Shown in pieces: positions 6,983 through 14,647 of a stretch of 44,815 bases of DNA (positions are counted from its first letter, which is position 1; each line of letters opens with the position of its first letter). A program made the translations under genes and the position numbers. This DNA comes from a virus. The stretch spans positions 1 through 44,815 of IMG/VR virus record IMGVR_UViG_3300045988_148821; one strand, given 5' to 3'. Below the pieces are notes generated by a model, which saw nothing but the letters and a program-made list of their open reading frames with translations, was not told where the DNA came from and did no database searches.

Positions 6983-7195
6983 TCAACATACAACGCCTTC
7001 GGCAATCCATCGGTTAAGTTCGGACTCCTTAAACTGAAGCATTCGGCCCGTCTTTACCGGGGTGATGAACTTCACCTTGCAAAGGGTTGAGCCGCGGGAG
7101 TTTGTGTAGCATCCCCGCACCCAGTTCCGGATCGTGTCAACTGAGACGTTGAGGCGCTTGGCGACTTCCTTAATGGTCAGCAACTTTGTCTGCAT
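6983..7195 (-). CDS. xis: Excisionase-family HTH DNA-binding protein
   Basis: LLTIKEVAKRLNVSVDTIRNWV helix-turn-helix; 70 aa; located next to the int module. Confidence 0.7.
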   Translation of the reverse strand: MQTKLLTIKEVAKRLNVSVDTIRNWVRGCYTNSRGSTLCKVKFITPVKTGRMLQFKESELNRWIAEGVVC

Positions 7196-7613
7196 TTTTC
7201 TCCCCTTTCCCGTCCCACGGCCGGAAACGCTCTATCACGATGTTGTACCGGGCCAACGTCCCAAGTATGGGTACATACCAATGTTCCCCGTCATAGACTG
7301 CTCCGCCTTTAAACTTCCCGCCTGTGGTGAAATGCCCTTCGCACTGCATCCACACGTTCCACGCATCAGCCGGCGGCTTTATCAGCGGGAATTCGTTCCA
7401 GGCGTCCGGCGTGTATTCGTCGTTCTTCCGGATTTGGTCGAGGTCTACGACGATCTTGGCGTGGATGCCGTCGCCGAACACGCGGACTCGGGCTTCTTTC
7501 CATTCGTAATCGATCGCGGCGGAGGTGGCTTCCTGCAGCTCCTGGGTGAACCCCGGGAAGGCTGACTCGATCATGACGTGCTTCGATTGGTCTTTGAGTT
7601 CGTAGCGTTTCAT
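7170..7613 (-). CDS. Hypothetical early protein (147 aa)
   Basis: ORF in the leftward operon with coding-like composition; overlaps xis by 26 nt. Confidence 0.6.
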   Translation of the reverse strand: MKRYELKDQSKHVMIESAFPGFTQELQEATSAAIDYEWKEARVRVFGDGIHAKIVVDLDQIRKNDEYTPDAWNEFPLIKPPADAWNVWMQCEGHFTTGGKFKGGAVYDGEHWYVPILGTLARYNIVIERFRPWDGKGEKNADKVADH

Positions 7614-7625
7614 TTGGCGGCCTCC

Positions 7626-7940
7626 TCAATCTTCTCCGAACGCTTCCTGGGCAGCTTCTTCGTTTTCTATTTCTTCGGTTTCCACCATATCAGCTGCCAT
7701 CATCAGGACGTTGGCGAGTTCTCGGGCAGATTCCGGAGAAAGGCGTACGTTTTTAATGCCGCCGCAGAGTCCTTTTTCGTCTGTCCAGTTTTCGCGTTTG
7801 ATTTCCAAGACCAAAGCGCCGTAATCAGCTGAACCGGAAGACTTGATGATGACAGTGTTCGTTACGCCGTCGGCAATGGTTCCGGGCGTGTTTTCTTCTT
7901 CGCGGGTAGAACGGAGTTTCAGGGAAAAATTGATCTTCAT
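7626..7940 (-). CDS. Hypothetical early protein (104 aa, acidic C-terminus)
   Basis: ORF in the leftward operon. Confidence 0.6.
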   Translation of the reverse strand: MKINFSLKLRSTREEENTPGTIADGVTNTVIIKSSGSADYGALVLEIKRENWTDEKGLCGGIKNVRLSPESARELANVLMMAADMVETEEIENEEAAQEAFGED

Positions 7941-7954
7941 TTTGTGTTCTCCTC

Positions 7955-7981
7955 AGGCGGGGTACAAGTTGTACCTCGCCT
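7955..7981 (-). other. Intercistronic 11-bp stem-loop between recT and the next gene
   Basis: AGGCGGGGTAC / GTACCTCGCCT (one G-U pair), 5-nt loop, no U-tract. Confidence 0.4.
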
Positions 7982-7990
7982 CTTCAGTTG

Positions 7991-8851
7991 TTAGGCAGGT
8001 TCGGCGACGGGAGCGGGTTCTTCCTCTTCCGGAAGAATCTCGATGCCTACGCCCTTCTCGGTAGCGATACCGTCGATCACGTCGGACGCGGTGACGGTTT
8101 CGCCGCGGTCGGCCTTCTCGTCAACTTCTACGGCGCGCTGCGCTTCGATGCTGACGGGGAGGAGCTTGAACAACCGGCGGATCACGGTCTTCTTCGCCAT
8201 TTCGTCCCAGTGGGTGACCCACGGGCCTTTCGTGCCGGCCTTCGACTGGCTGCGCACGGCTTCGATTTCGGCGCGGCTCATCACATCAAACTGGAAACCG
8301 CCGCCGACAAGACGGGCCACGGCGTAGACGTGGGTCACGGGGCCGCGGTCTGCCATAGCTGCAGGGACGTGCCGGCAGTCCTCGTGCAAGCCGAATTCGT
8401 AGTGGAATTCGTCGGCCTCGTGCACACAGTGAGCGGAGATCGACACGATCTGTCCGGAACGACGGGCAAGGTCGATCATGCCGCGGTAGCCGATAATCAG
8501 CTGCGCATTCGGGCGGCCGTCGGAAGCCTTGCCGTTCCCGAAAGGGAGAAGGTAGCAGTGCCCCAGGGCCGAACCTGGTTCGATGCCCAACTGAGCGCAC
8601 TGCAGCACGCACCCGTAGAACGACGTTGGGGAGCAATCAAGGAGCGCCGGCGTCTTGCGGCATTCGCTCATGACGATACGCGTCAGGCGCTCCGGCGTGA
8701 GGGACTTCGGCAGGGCCAAGGCCATTTGCTTCTGAAACGCCTTGCCGGTCACCACGTCCAGCAGAGAGCCTTCTTTCGTGGCCTTGACGGCGACGGCCTT
8801 CTTGGTCGCGGCGGGGTTGACTTTTTCGAGGAGAGCGTCGGTAGTAGACAT
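7991..8851 (-). CDS. recT: RecT-family single-strand annealing protein
   Basis: Contains LIIGYRGMIDLARRSGQIVSISAHCVHEADEF and other RecT-like blocks; paired with a YqaJ exonuclease gene. Confidence 0.85.
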   Translation of the reverse strand: MSTTDALLEKVNPAATKKAVAVKATKEGSLLDVVTGKAFQKQMALALPKSLTPERLTRIVMSECRKTPALLDCSPTSFYGCVLQCAQLGIEPGSALGHCYLLPFGNGKASDGRPNAQLIIGYRGMIDLARRSGQIVSISAHCVHEADEFHYEFGLHEDCRHVPAAMADRGPVTHVYAVARLVGGGFQFDVMSRAEIEAVRSQSKAGTKGPWVTHWDEMAKKTVIRRLFKLLPVSIEAQRAVEVDEKADRGETVTASDVIDGIATEKGVGIEILPEEEEPAPVAEPA

Positions 8852-8862
8852 TGTGTTTACCT

Positions 8863-8893
8863 TCTAAAACGGGCGGGGCTGGTGGCCCCTGCC
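8863..8893 (-). terminator. Terminator/attenuator-like hairpin between the exonuclease and recT genes
   Basis: On the minus strand: GGGCAGGGGC-cacca-GCCCCGCCC followed by GTTTTAG. Confidence 0.45.
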
Positions 8894-8918
8894 CTGAGTG
8901 AGTGAAAAGGGATTGCGA

Positions 8919-9941
8919 CTAGAACACCCGGAGAATCCGAGACGGCTCAGAACGTCCGGCGTACTGGGCCCAAAGTTCGGGGTCATCAGCCTTCAGCTGC
9001 TTGGCGTTGAACATCGCGCGGGACTGGGACTTGAAGGTGGCTGCCTTCTCGCCGCCGATGAGAATTCCTTCGTTCTCGCCGATGAAGCCGGCAATCTTGG
9101 TGGCGACGGCCTCCATCTGATCTTTGATGCTGGTGGCCTTGTCTTTGAGTTGGCGGTATTCGCCGATGGCAATGGCGGCTTCCGGAGAGGCTTCGACCAT
9201 GGGGCCGACTTCGCGGCGGTACAGGTGCCGAATGTCGTCCAGGTCTTTCGGTTCCGGTGCCTTGCCGCCGAGAACGTTTCCAAACCAAAAAGCCTGCAGC
9301 GTGGCAACGATGGCGTTGATGGCGTCTTCGTTGCGGTCAACCTTGTACATACGGAAGTCGTTTCCGCCGATGAGCACGGCCACGTAGCAGACGTGAACCC
9401 CGGTGAGGCGCATGTACCACTGAACCTGCGTTTCGTAGTACAGCGGAATCTCGTGTTCCGTGACGATCTTCCCGGCCTTGATCTCGTCTTCCTGAGATTC
9501 GCCCCAGAGTCCGGACGCATAGGCGGACGCGGTCTTGCATTCCAGAATGGCGTCCGTCGTGATGAGCGCTTCACCCTCCTCCGGATTCTTGGCCGGCCGC
9601 ACGTTTTTCTGAATCTCCGGCATGACGACGGCGCGGTCGATGTTGGCCCGCATCCAGTCGCCCTCACCGTCTACGAACGTGTAGCCCACGCGCTGAACCT
9701 TCATACCGGTGCGTTCCTGGAATTCCTTGGCGACGATGTCTTCCAGGATGGTTCCGAAGTGCATCGAATCCGTGGCCGGCTGCGGTTCGCCTTCGCCGCG
9801 CTTGTCCTGCCACAGTTCGACCGGCGTGCGCCACGGGGAGAGCCCCAGGGCTGCAGCCACGTCAGAACCGCCGATGCCCTTGGTGCGCTGCTGCAGCCAC
9901 TCTTCGCGGGCGAGTCCGGTGATGGGGATGAGTTTTGTCAT
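8919..9941 (-). CDS. YqaJ-like recombination exonuclease
   Basis: GIGGSDVAAALGLSPWRTPVELW motif. ATG 9941 (AAGGA 6 nt upstream) is preferred over the ORF-track start at 9980, which would overlap the upstream gene. Confidence 0.85.
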   Translation of the reverse strand: MTKLIPITGLAREEWLQQRTKGIGGSDVAAALGLSPWRTPVELWQDKRGEGEPQPATDSMHFGTILEDIVAKEFQERTGMKVQRVGYTFVDGEGDWMRANIDRAVVMPEIQKNVRPAKNPEEGEALITTDAILECKTASAYASGLWGESQEDEIKAGKIVTEHEIPLYYETQVQWYMRLTGVHVCYVAVLIGGNDFRMYKVDRNEDAINAIVATLQAFWFGNVLGGKAPEPKDLDDIRHLYRREVGPMVEASPEAAIAIGEYRQLKDKATSIKDQMEAVATKIAGFIGENEGILIGGEKAATFKSQSRAMFNAKQLKADDPELWAQYAGRSEPSRILRVF

Positions 9942-9952
9942 TTCTGTTCCTT

Positions 9953-10240
9953 TTAGTAGCCGAAGCAGTATTTGTTCCACAAGTCGTGGACTTTTTTGCG
10001 TTTGTTTTTAATTTCCTGAACCCAGTACTCGTGGACGAGTTCCTGATCCCAGAGATAGCTTTCGATTCTTCCGAGATCCCAGACTTCGATACAGTCTTTC
10101 TTTGGGGTCACGATCACGTCTGAGTACCTGACGTAGATGTGGAGTACCTCTTCCGGAAGTCCCAACATCCTTGCCGTCTGTTTCCGGGTGAAGATGGTTT
10201 TTCCTATCATCATCGGAGTTCCGTTGACTAACCTTCTCAT
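9953..10240 (-). CDS. Hypothetical early protein (95 aa, possible HTH)
   Basis: ATG 10240 overlaps the upstream stop (ATGA). Contains TRKQTARMLGLPEEVL. Confidence 0.55.
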   Translation of the reverse strand: MRRLVNGTPMMIGKTIFTRKQTARMLGLPEEVLHIYVRYSDVIVTPKKDCIEVWDLGRIESYLWDQELVHEYWVQEIKNKRKKVHDLWNKYCFGY

Positions 10241-10482
10241 GCTGCCTCCTCGTTGATTGCCTTCGGGTAGTACTCGTTGAGCCATTCGGCGGCGCTTTCG
10301 GCGCTGATGTAGTGGTCGATGGCTTCGATGTACTCCCGGTATTCGTTCCAGAGAAAATCTGTGTCGTTCATCCAGTCGTCGTTCACGAGTTCTTCGAACC
10401 ACGTTGGCGGCTCGTCCGGGTCGTAGATCGCGCCGACGTGGATAAGGTCTTGGCGGCTCATGCCGGTGGGGTAGTTGCTCAT
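10237..10482 (-). CDS. Small, strongly acidic, aromatic-rich early protein (81 aa)
   Basis: 19 Asp/Glu against 3 Arg/Lys by direct count; many Trp/Tyr. Confidence 0.6.
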   Translation of the reverse strand: MSNYPTGMSRQDLIHVGAIYDPDEPPTWFEELVNDDWMNDTDFLWNEYREYIEAIDHYISAESAAEWLNEYYPKAINEEAA

Positions 10483-10751
10483 TCGTCCGCCTCCGTAAAC
10501 GCCTCGTCGAATTCGTTGTATGCCTCTTCGAGCCGCATGAGTGCGTTGTCGATCTCGACTCGGGCTTCCGGGTGATACTGTCCGTCGGACTTCAGCAGGT
10601 CTTCGCAGAGGTCAATGGTGTTAAGGCCTTCCCCGTAGGCTTTCTCTCCGACTTCACGGCGGGCGGCGTCTTCAATTCGGTTGATGCAAGAGTCGATCAG
10701 GTTCACGAAAACCTTTGCGAAATGATCGGCAGGGATGACGATGGCGCTCAT
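10479..10751 (-). CDS. Small acidic early protein (90 aa)
   Basis: ATG 10751 with GAGG upstream is preferred to the TTG at 10769. C-terminus reads EEAYNEFDEAFTEADE. Confidence 0.55.
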   Translation of the reverse strand: MSAIVIPADHFAKVFVNLIDSCINRIEDAARREVGEKAYGEGLNTIDLCEDLLKSDGQYHPEARVEIDNALMRLEEAYNEFDEAFTEADE

Positions 10752-10758
10752 GGTTGCC

Positions 10759-11001
10759 TCACTCGTCAAGGTTGAGGGCGTCCATCAGGCGGGAGAACTC
10801 GTCTTCTTCGAAGGCGTAGGAGTTCGGTGCTTCTCCGCGGCTGTCGTCAATCACGGAAACGGTATGCAGTCCGGTGTAGACGATGTAGCTTTGGCTGCCG
10901 CTCTCGAACACCATCACGCGTTCAAGCGGGTTGACGTTGAGCGGCTTCCAGGTGTTGGCGTCGCGGATCAAGTCTTCGTTGTGGGTGCTGAGATCAATCA
11001 T
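10759..11001 (-). CDS. Small acidic early protein (80 aa)
   Basis: ORF in the leftward operon. Confidence 0.55.
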   Translation of the reverse strand: MIDLSTHNEDLIRDANTWKPLNVNPLERVMVFESGSQSYIVYTGLHTVSVIDDSRGEAPNSYAFEEDEFSRLMDALNLDE

Positions 11002-11057
11002 TTCTTTCTCCGGTAAGGCAGGGCGCGGACAGAAGCGGTCTGTCGGCTGGTGCGCCC

Positions 11058-11126
11058 TTTGATCTGCGGCTCCCGAGGTAGAGATAAATGAAAGCTCCGA
11101 TGATTAATTAAGAGCCGCAGATCAAA
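11058..11126. repeat. 15-bp perfect inverted repeat with an AT-rich 39-nt loop in the 146-bp early-left spacer
   Basis: TTTGATCTGCGGCTC (11058-11072) pairs with GAGCCGCAGATCAAA (11112-11126). Two further hairpins flank it, at 11020-11058 and 11126-11146. Confidence 0.7.
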
Positions 11127-11147
11127 AGGCACGAGGCCTTTTGTGTG

Positions 11148-11372
11148 CTAGATGAACGTTGCAATCCAGCTGATGAACTCGGAAATCCAGTGGTACAACT
11201 TCATGCACCCGAAGATGACGGACGCGCCGAACATCGCGCAGAGCAGGATGCAGACTGCTCCGCCGATGACGTTCATCAGTGCGCTCTTCCACGCGGGTTT
11301 CGGTGGCGGCAGGGGCTTGCCGGAGAAGATGGCGGCGCAGGGTTCTTTGTAGATGTTGATGATGTCGGTCAT
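11148..11372 (-). CDS. Small membrane protein (74 aa)
   Basis: Hydrophobic segment ALMNVIGGAVCILLCAMFGASVIFGCM. Confidence 0.55.
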   Translation of the reverse strand: MTDIINIYKEPCAAIFSGKPLPPPKPAWKSALMNVIGGAVCILLCAMFGASVIFGCMKLYHWISEFISWIATFI

Positions 11373-11394
11373 TTGCTTTCTCCTTCCCCCGGCG

Positions 11395-11445
11395 GGATGA
11401 TTAACGGCGCAGGGCCTAGCAATCTCTGCTTTCCGTTAATCATCC
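11395..11445. repeat. 13-bp perfect inverted repeat in the divergent spacer 11373-11462
   Basis: GGATGATTAACGG (11395-11407) pairs with CCGTTAATCATCC (11433-11445). The 3' arm abuts the SD AAGGAGGA of the gene at 11463. Confidence 0.65.
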
Positions 11446-11462
11446 TTAAGGAGGATTCTTTT

Positions 11463-11699
11463 ATGACTTTTCAAACTGAAGATCAGAAACACGATGAAGA
11501 AATGAAGCACTTCATTGAATTCCTCGCGGTTGTCCTTGGTGGTGGGATTCCTGTAAAACCCGTTCGTTTGTGCACCGTTCCGACGGCTTTCTATTCGGTG
11601 CCTCAGTGCGTTGATTACGCAACCGAAGCGAATTACCACGCGAATGTTGCTGCCTTGATGGAGTACGCGAAGCGCTGCGGGTTGTTCAGGAATTCATAG
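11463..11699 (+). CDS. Hypothetical protein (78 aa) encoded opposite to the surrounding early-left operon
   Basis: ATG 11463 with AAGGAGGA upstream. The 3' end overlaps the convergent gene 11686..11922 by 14 nt. Confidence 0.55.
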   Translation: MTFQTEDQKHDEEMKHFIEFLAVVLGGGIPVKPVRLCTVPTAFYSVPQCVDYATEANYHANVAALMEYAKRCGLFRNS

Positions 11700-11922
11700 C
11701 CTGAACCTCAGAAGCCGTGCGAGGAAAATCCTCGGGGCGCTTCTGAGCCTCGAACTCGGCCTCTTCACGGGCGAATGCTTCGTCGTAGAGGTCGAGCAGT
11801 TTGCGGATGCGCGCTGCTTTTTTCTTGGCGTCGTTTCGCCAAACGGGTGCGTCCTTTTCGAGCTCTTTCGCGCTGTGTTTAATGAGCAGGGCGACTTCGG
11901 CGGATTTGATGGTGATGGTCAT
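11686..11922 (-). CDS. First gene of the leftward (PL-like) operon, hypothetical (78 aa)
   Basis: ATG 11922 preceded by GGAGG; charged helical protein. Confidence 0.55.
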   Translation of the reverse strand: MTITIKSAEVALLIKHSAKELEKDAPVWRNDAKKKAARIRKLLDLYDEAFAREEAEFEAQKRPEDFPRTASEVQAMNS

Positions 11923-11957
11923 GTTGCCTCCGTTGTGGATTCTGTCCATCTAAAACT

Positions 11958-11995
11958 GACAAACGGAGTGTACTTTGTCTATTTAAAATAGTCAA
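11958..11995 (-). promoter_or_regulatory. PL-like promoter with overlapping operator-like inverted repeat
   Basis: Minus strand: -35 TTGACT (11990-11995), 17-nt spacer, -10 TACACT (11967-11972). GACAAA-N10-TTTGTC (11958-11979) overlaps the -10. Confidence 0.55.
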
Positions 11996-12063
11996 GCTGA
12001 AGTGGACAAATTGACGGTAGGTTGATCTATGTCAAAAACTGATGGACGCTAAAGGCAAAAGAA

Positions 12064-12083
12064 AAGCCGCCCGGAGGCGGCTT
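12064..12083 (-). terminator. Rho-independent terminator downstream of the repressor gene
   Basis: AAGCCGCC / GGCGGCTT stem; on the minus strand it is followed by TTTTCTTTTG. Confidence 0.75.
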
Positions 12084-12175
12084 TGTATTCGGCACTTCGA
12101 TGTTGTTTCTTCTGCGATGTTATGTTTATGTTTTCGCAGTTCCTTGCCGATGAGAAGATTTTGCGCTCAGAGGGG

Positions 12176-12814
12176 TTATGGCGCAAAGAAATGGCCGATA
12201 ATTTTTACTTTGCCAACGACGTTGTACCCCGTTAACGTTGGAACAAGAATCGGCGGATAGCGAACGTTGTCGCTGATGATGTTAAATCCGTCGGGAACCA
12301 TCTGCAGGCGTTTGAACGTGTGGATTCCGCGGGGATTCTTGAGCAGATACAGGTCATCAGCATCGTAGTCTGTGACACTAGTATCTACGACGAGGAGGTC
12401 TCCAGCAGCTGCGGTTGGTGCCATGGAGTCGCCACGCACCAGGTGGAGTCTGAGTTCGTCTAGGGGCGAAGACGGAACAAATGAGCGGAGCCACGCGACA
12501 GAAACTTGCATGACTTCAATGGCCGGACGTAGTTGCTCGTCCGGATCGCGAAGAATCTTCAACATGATACTGTCCTTACTAGATGTCAGATTCCCGGCAC
12601 TGTCCGGTTGGCCGCCAGCACCATATCTCAGGTATGACGGTGTTGTACCGAGTATTTGACACAATCGCTGTAATGTCTCCTCATCTCTTGGCAACGTTCC
12701 ATGTGACCACGTACTGGCCGCTTGACGTGACTTGCCTACTTGTTTTGCAAGTTCTGCTTGGGTTAGGCCGCGTTTCTGCAGCAACTCCCTAAAACGGGCT
12801 TCGTAGTCGTTCAT
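12176..12814 (-). CDS. cI: CI-like repressor (XRE HTH plus S24 LexA-type autopeptidase)
   Basis: LTQAELAKQVGKSRQAASTWSHG helix-turn-helix, an Ala-Gly linker candidate (YGAGG), GDSM Ser and FKRL Lys of the S24 dyad. Divergent from the cro-like gene. Confidence 0.9.
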   Translation of the reverse strand: MNDYEARFRELLQKRGLTQAELAKQVGKSRQAASTWSHGTLPRDEETLQRLCQILGTTPSYLRYGAGGQPDSAGNLTSSKDSIMLKILRDPDEQLRPAIEVMQVSVAWLRSFVPSSPLDELRLHLVRGDSMAPTAAAGDLLVVDTSVTDYDADDLYLLKNPRGIHTFKRLQMVPDGFNIISDNVRYPPILVPTLTGYNVVGKVKIIGHFFAP

Positions 12815-12834
12815 GTGCTTCTCCCGGATTAAAA

Positions 12835-12920
12835 GCAGTTGACAGAGTACACCCTAAATGGACTCTGTGTAGGTGCGAGGCTATGGACAAACGCCACTTC
12901 AAATGGATATAATTGTCTCA
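12835..12920 (+). promoter_or_regulatory. OR/PR region: PR-like promoter and operator-like repeats
   Basis: -35 TGGACA (12884-12889), 18-nt spacer, -10 TATAAT (12908-12913). ACAGAGT-N13-ACTCTGT (12842-12868). GACAAACG (12886-12893) and a 12/14 match to the OL 14-mer. Confidence 0.6.
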
Positions 12921-12945
12921 CTTAAATTGACTGAGTGAGGTTTAA

Positions 12946-13167
12946 ATGGATTTTGACTTGAAGAATGTCAACGTCGTTTCCTTGGCGTTGCTGAAATTCA
13001 AAACCCAGAAATGTCTTGCTGAAAGGCTTGGCGTTAGTAAGCAGACGATTTCGATGTGGAAACACAAACGTGTTAGCGCTGACCGTGTCAACGATTTTTC
13101 TGATGCCACCGGTATACCACGTTCATTGATTCGACCGGATTTGTATCCGGAAGCGAAAGAGCTGTAA
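12946..13167 (+). CDS. cro: Cro/YdaS-like HTH regulator
   Basis: LAERLGVSKQTISMWKHKRVSADRV...IRPDLYP; 73 aa; first gene of the rightward operon. Confidence 0.75.
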   Translation: MDFDLKNVNVVSLALLKFKTQKCLAERLGVSKQTISMWKHKRVSADRVNDFSDATGIPRSLIRPDLYPEAKEL

Positions 13168-14042
13168 TGCTCATCGGCGGCCGTATGAACTATGTGCAGC
13201 TTCACTTAGGCGACTGGATCGCCGGGACGCTTGACCTGACGCCAACAGAACGAGGCGTCTACATGGATTTGCTCGTCCGGTACTACAAGGAAGAGCGTCC
13301 GCTTATGCAAGACGAATGCAAACGCATTGCACGTGGATATGCACCTGCAGAGCAAGAGGCTATGCACTACGTATTGCAAAGGTTCTTCACTTTGGAAAAC
13401 GGCGAGTATCGGCAGTCGCGTTGCGACGAGGAAATCGAAAAAGCGCAGGCGGTTTCCAATAAAAGAAAGCGTGCGGCGGCGTCCCGGTGGGCAAAAAAGC
13501 CTGAAATCGATGCAAGTGCATATCCAAATGCAAAGCAAACGCAATGCGAATGCAATGCAAATGGAATGCTAACCAATAACCATAAACCAATAACCAATAA
13601 CCAAGTAATAGAGAGAGTAAACCCAGTTAATACGACAGGGGGCGATTTTTGCCCGACGGTGGACGACTTCGGTGCTGCGCCTGAGGCAGTGCCCGAACCG
13701 CCGCCGGCTGCTACTGGGACAGGAGTGACCCGCACGCCGCTCTATCCATTCCCTGACTCTCTCCCTGAGGACTGGGGCATCGCTGCAGCAAAGCAGCGCC
13801 CCGACGTTTCGGCTGAGGCCGTCTTCCTGAAGCTGCGCGACAGGCTGCGTGAGCGTTATCCCGGGGAGAAACGCACCATGGCTATGTGGCTGCGCCAGTT
13901 CCTGCAGTGGATTGCCACTGAGCGCGTTATCGGCAAGCCGCTTGGCCGCGAAGAAACGCAGGAAGAGAAGCAGAAGAGCATCGAGAACGCTGAGCGGTTT
14001 GCTGCCGCCATGCGGAAACGTTTAGAGGAAGCCAACAAATGA
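13167..14042 (+). CDS. DUF1376 (YdaU)-type replication initiation-associated protein
   Basis: N-terminus YVQLHLGDWIAGTLDLTPTERGVYMDLLVRYY matches the DUF1376 pattern. The start may instead be ATG 13185. Confidence 0.7.
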   Translation: MLIGGRMNYVQLHLGDWIAGTLDLTPTERGVYMDLLVRYYKEERPLMQDECKRIARGYAPAEQEAMHYVLQRFFTLENGEYRQSRCDEEIEKAQAVSNKRKRAAASRWAKKPEIDASAYPNAKQTQCECNANGMLTNNHKPITNNQVIERVNPVNTTGGDFCPTVDDFGAAPEAVPEPPPAATGTGVTRTPLYPFPDSLPEDWGIAAAKQRPDVSAEAVFLKLRDRLRERYPGEKRTMAMWLRQFLQWIATERVIGKPLGREETQEEKQKSIENAERFAAAMRKRLEEANK

Positions 14043-14647
14043 GCAACCCGATTGACATTGGTCGCCTCAAGGAGGCGATGACCGACATGGCCGAGGTCTA
14101 CGGCTGCCGGGCTCCTACGGATCGCTCCGTCGGGGTGTGGCAAGAAGTCCTCAAGGACTTGGACGCCCAGGCCGTCTTGAACGCAATCTACAACTGGATT
14201 CAGTCCAAGCCCAAGGCCGCGACGCCGTCCGATATTCGCACCCTGGCCGGGGCCTGGGTCAGCCGCCGGCTCGAAGAGCGGGAGGAGCTTGAGAAAGGCT
14301 CCGAAGAGGACTTCCGGAACACCGTCCGCCGTGAGGCTGATCCGTGCGTCTCACGCGCAATGAGCCGTTGGCGTAAGGCCATGAAGGAGTCCTACCGGAC
14401 GATCAACCGGGACACCTGGTGGCAGACCGAATTGCTGGCTATCTACGGCACACCTGGAATTGCCACGGCTCAGGCTGACGCCGTCCGCATCTTCTGCCAC
14501 GGTGAGCCGACTCAGGAACGCGTCCAGGAAGCCCGGCAGAAGGTCGCTGCTCAGAACGAGCGCGAAAGCCGGATTCTCAAGCCCTTCGCCGAGTTCCTGG
14601 CCGAAGAACGCGCAGCCGCCATGGGCGGTACTTGGGGGGAAGCATGA
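14039..14647 (+). CDS. Hypothetical protein, putative replication accessory (202 aa)
   Basis: Translationally coupled (ATGA) behind the DUF1376 gene; no motif recognised. Confidence 0.5.
   Translation: MSNPIDIGRLKEAMTDMAEVYGCRAPTDRSVGVWQEVLKDLDAQAVLNAIYNWIQSKPKAATPSDIRTLAGAWVSRRLEEREELEKGSEEDFRNTVRREADPCVSRAMSRWRKAMKESYRTINRDTWWQTELLAIYGTPGIATAQADAVRIFCHGEPTQERVQEARQKVAAQNERESRILKPFAEFLAEERAAAMGGTWGEA

Noticed and set aside
7988-9956. Plus-strand ORFs 7988..8905 and 8898..9956 (305 and 352 aa)
   Set aside because: They lie opposite the clearly recognisable recT and YqaJ exonuclease genes, and their products are Gly/Arg/His/Val-rich nonsense-like sequence.
12835-12844. GCAGTTGACA in the OR region, and GGGTGCCGGTTATG at 23484-23497 with ATGCCGGCGG at 23513, as further copies of the late element
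   Set aside because: The OR site shares only a 7-mer and has no box 2 at the required distance. The 23487 site has 4/11 core mismatches and a 15-nt spacing. Isolated ATGCCGGC-like words at 20119, 20436, 29425, 31569, 32379, 37695 and 41541 have no box 1 upstream.
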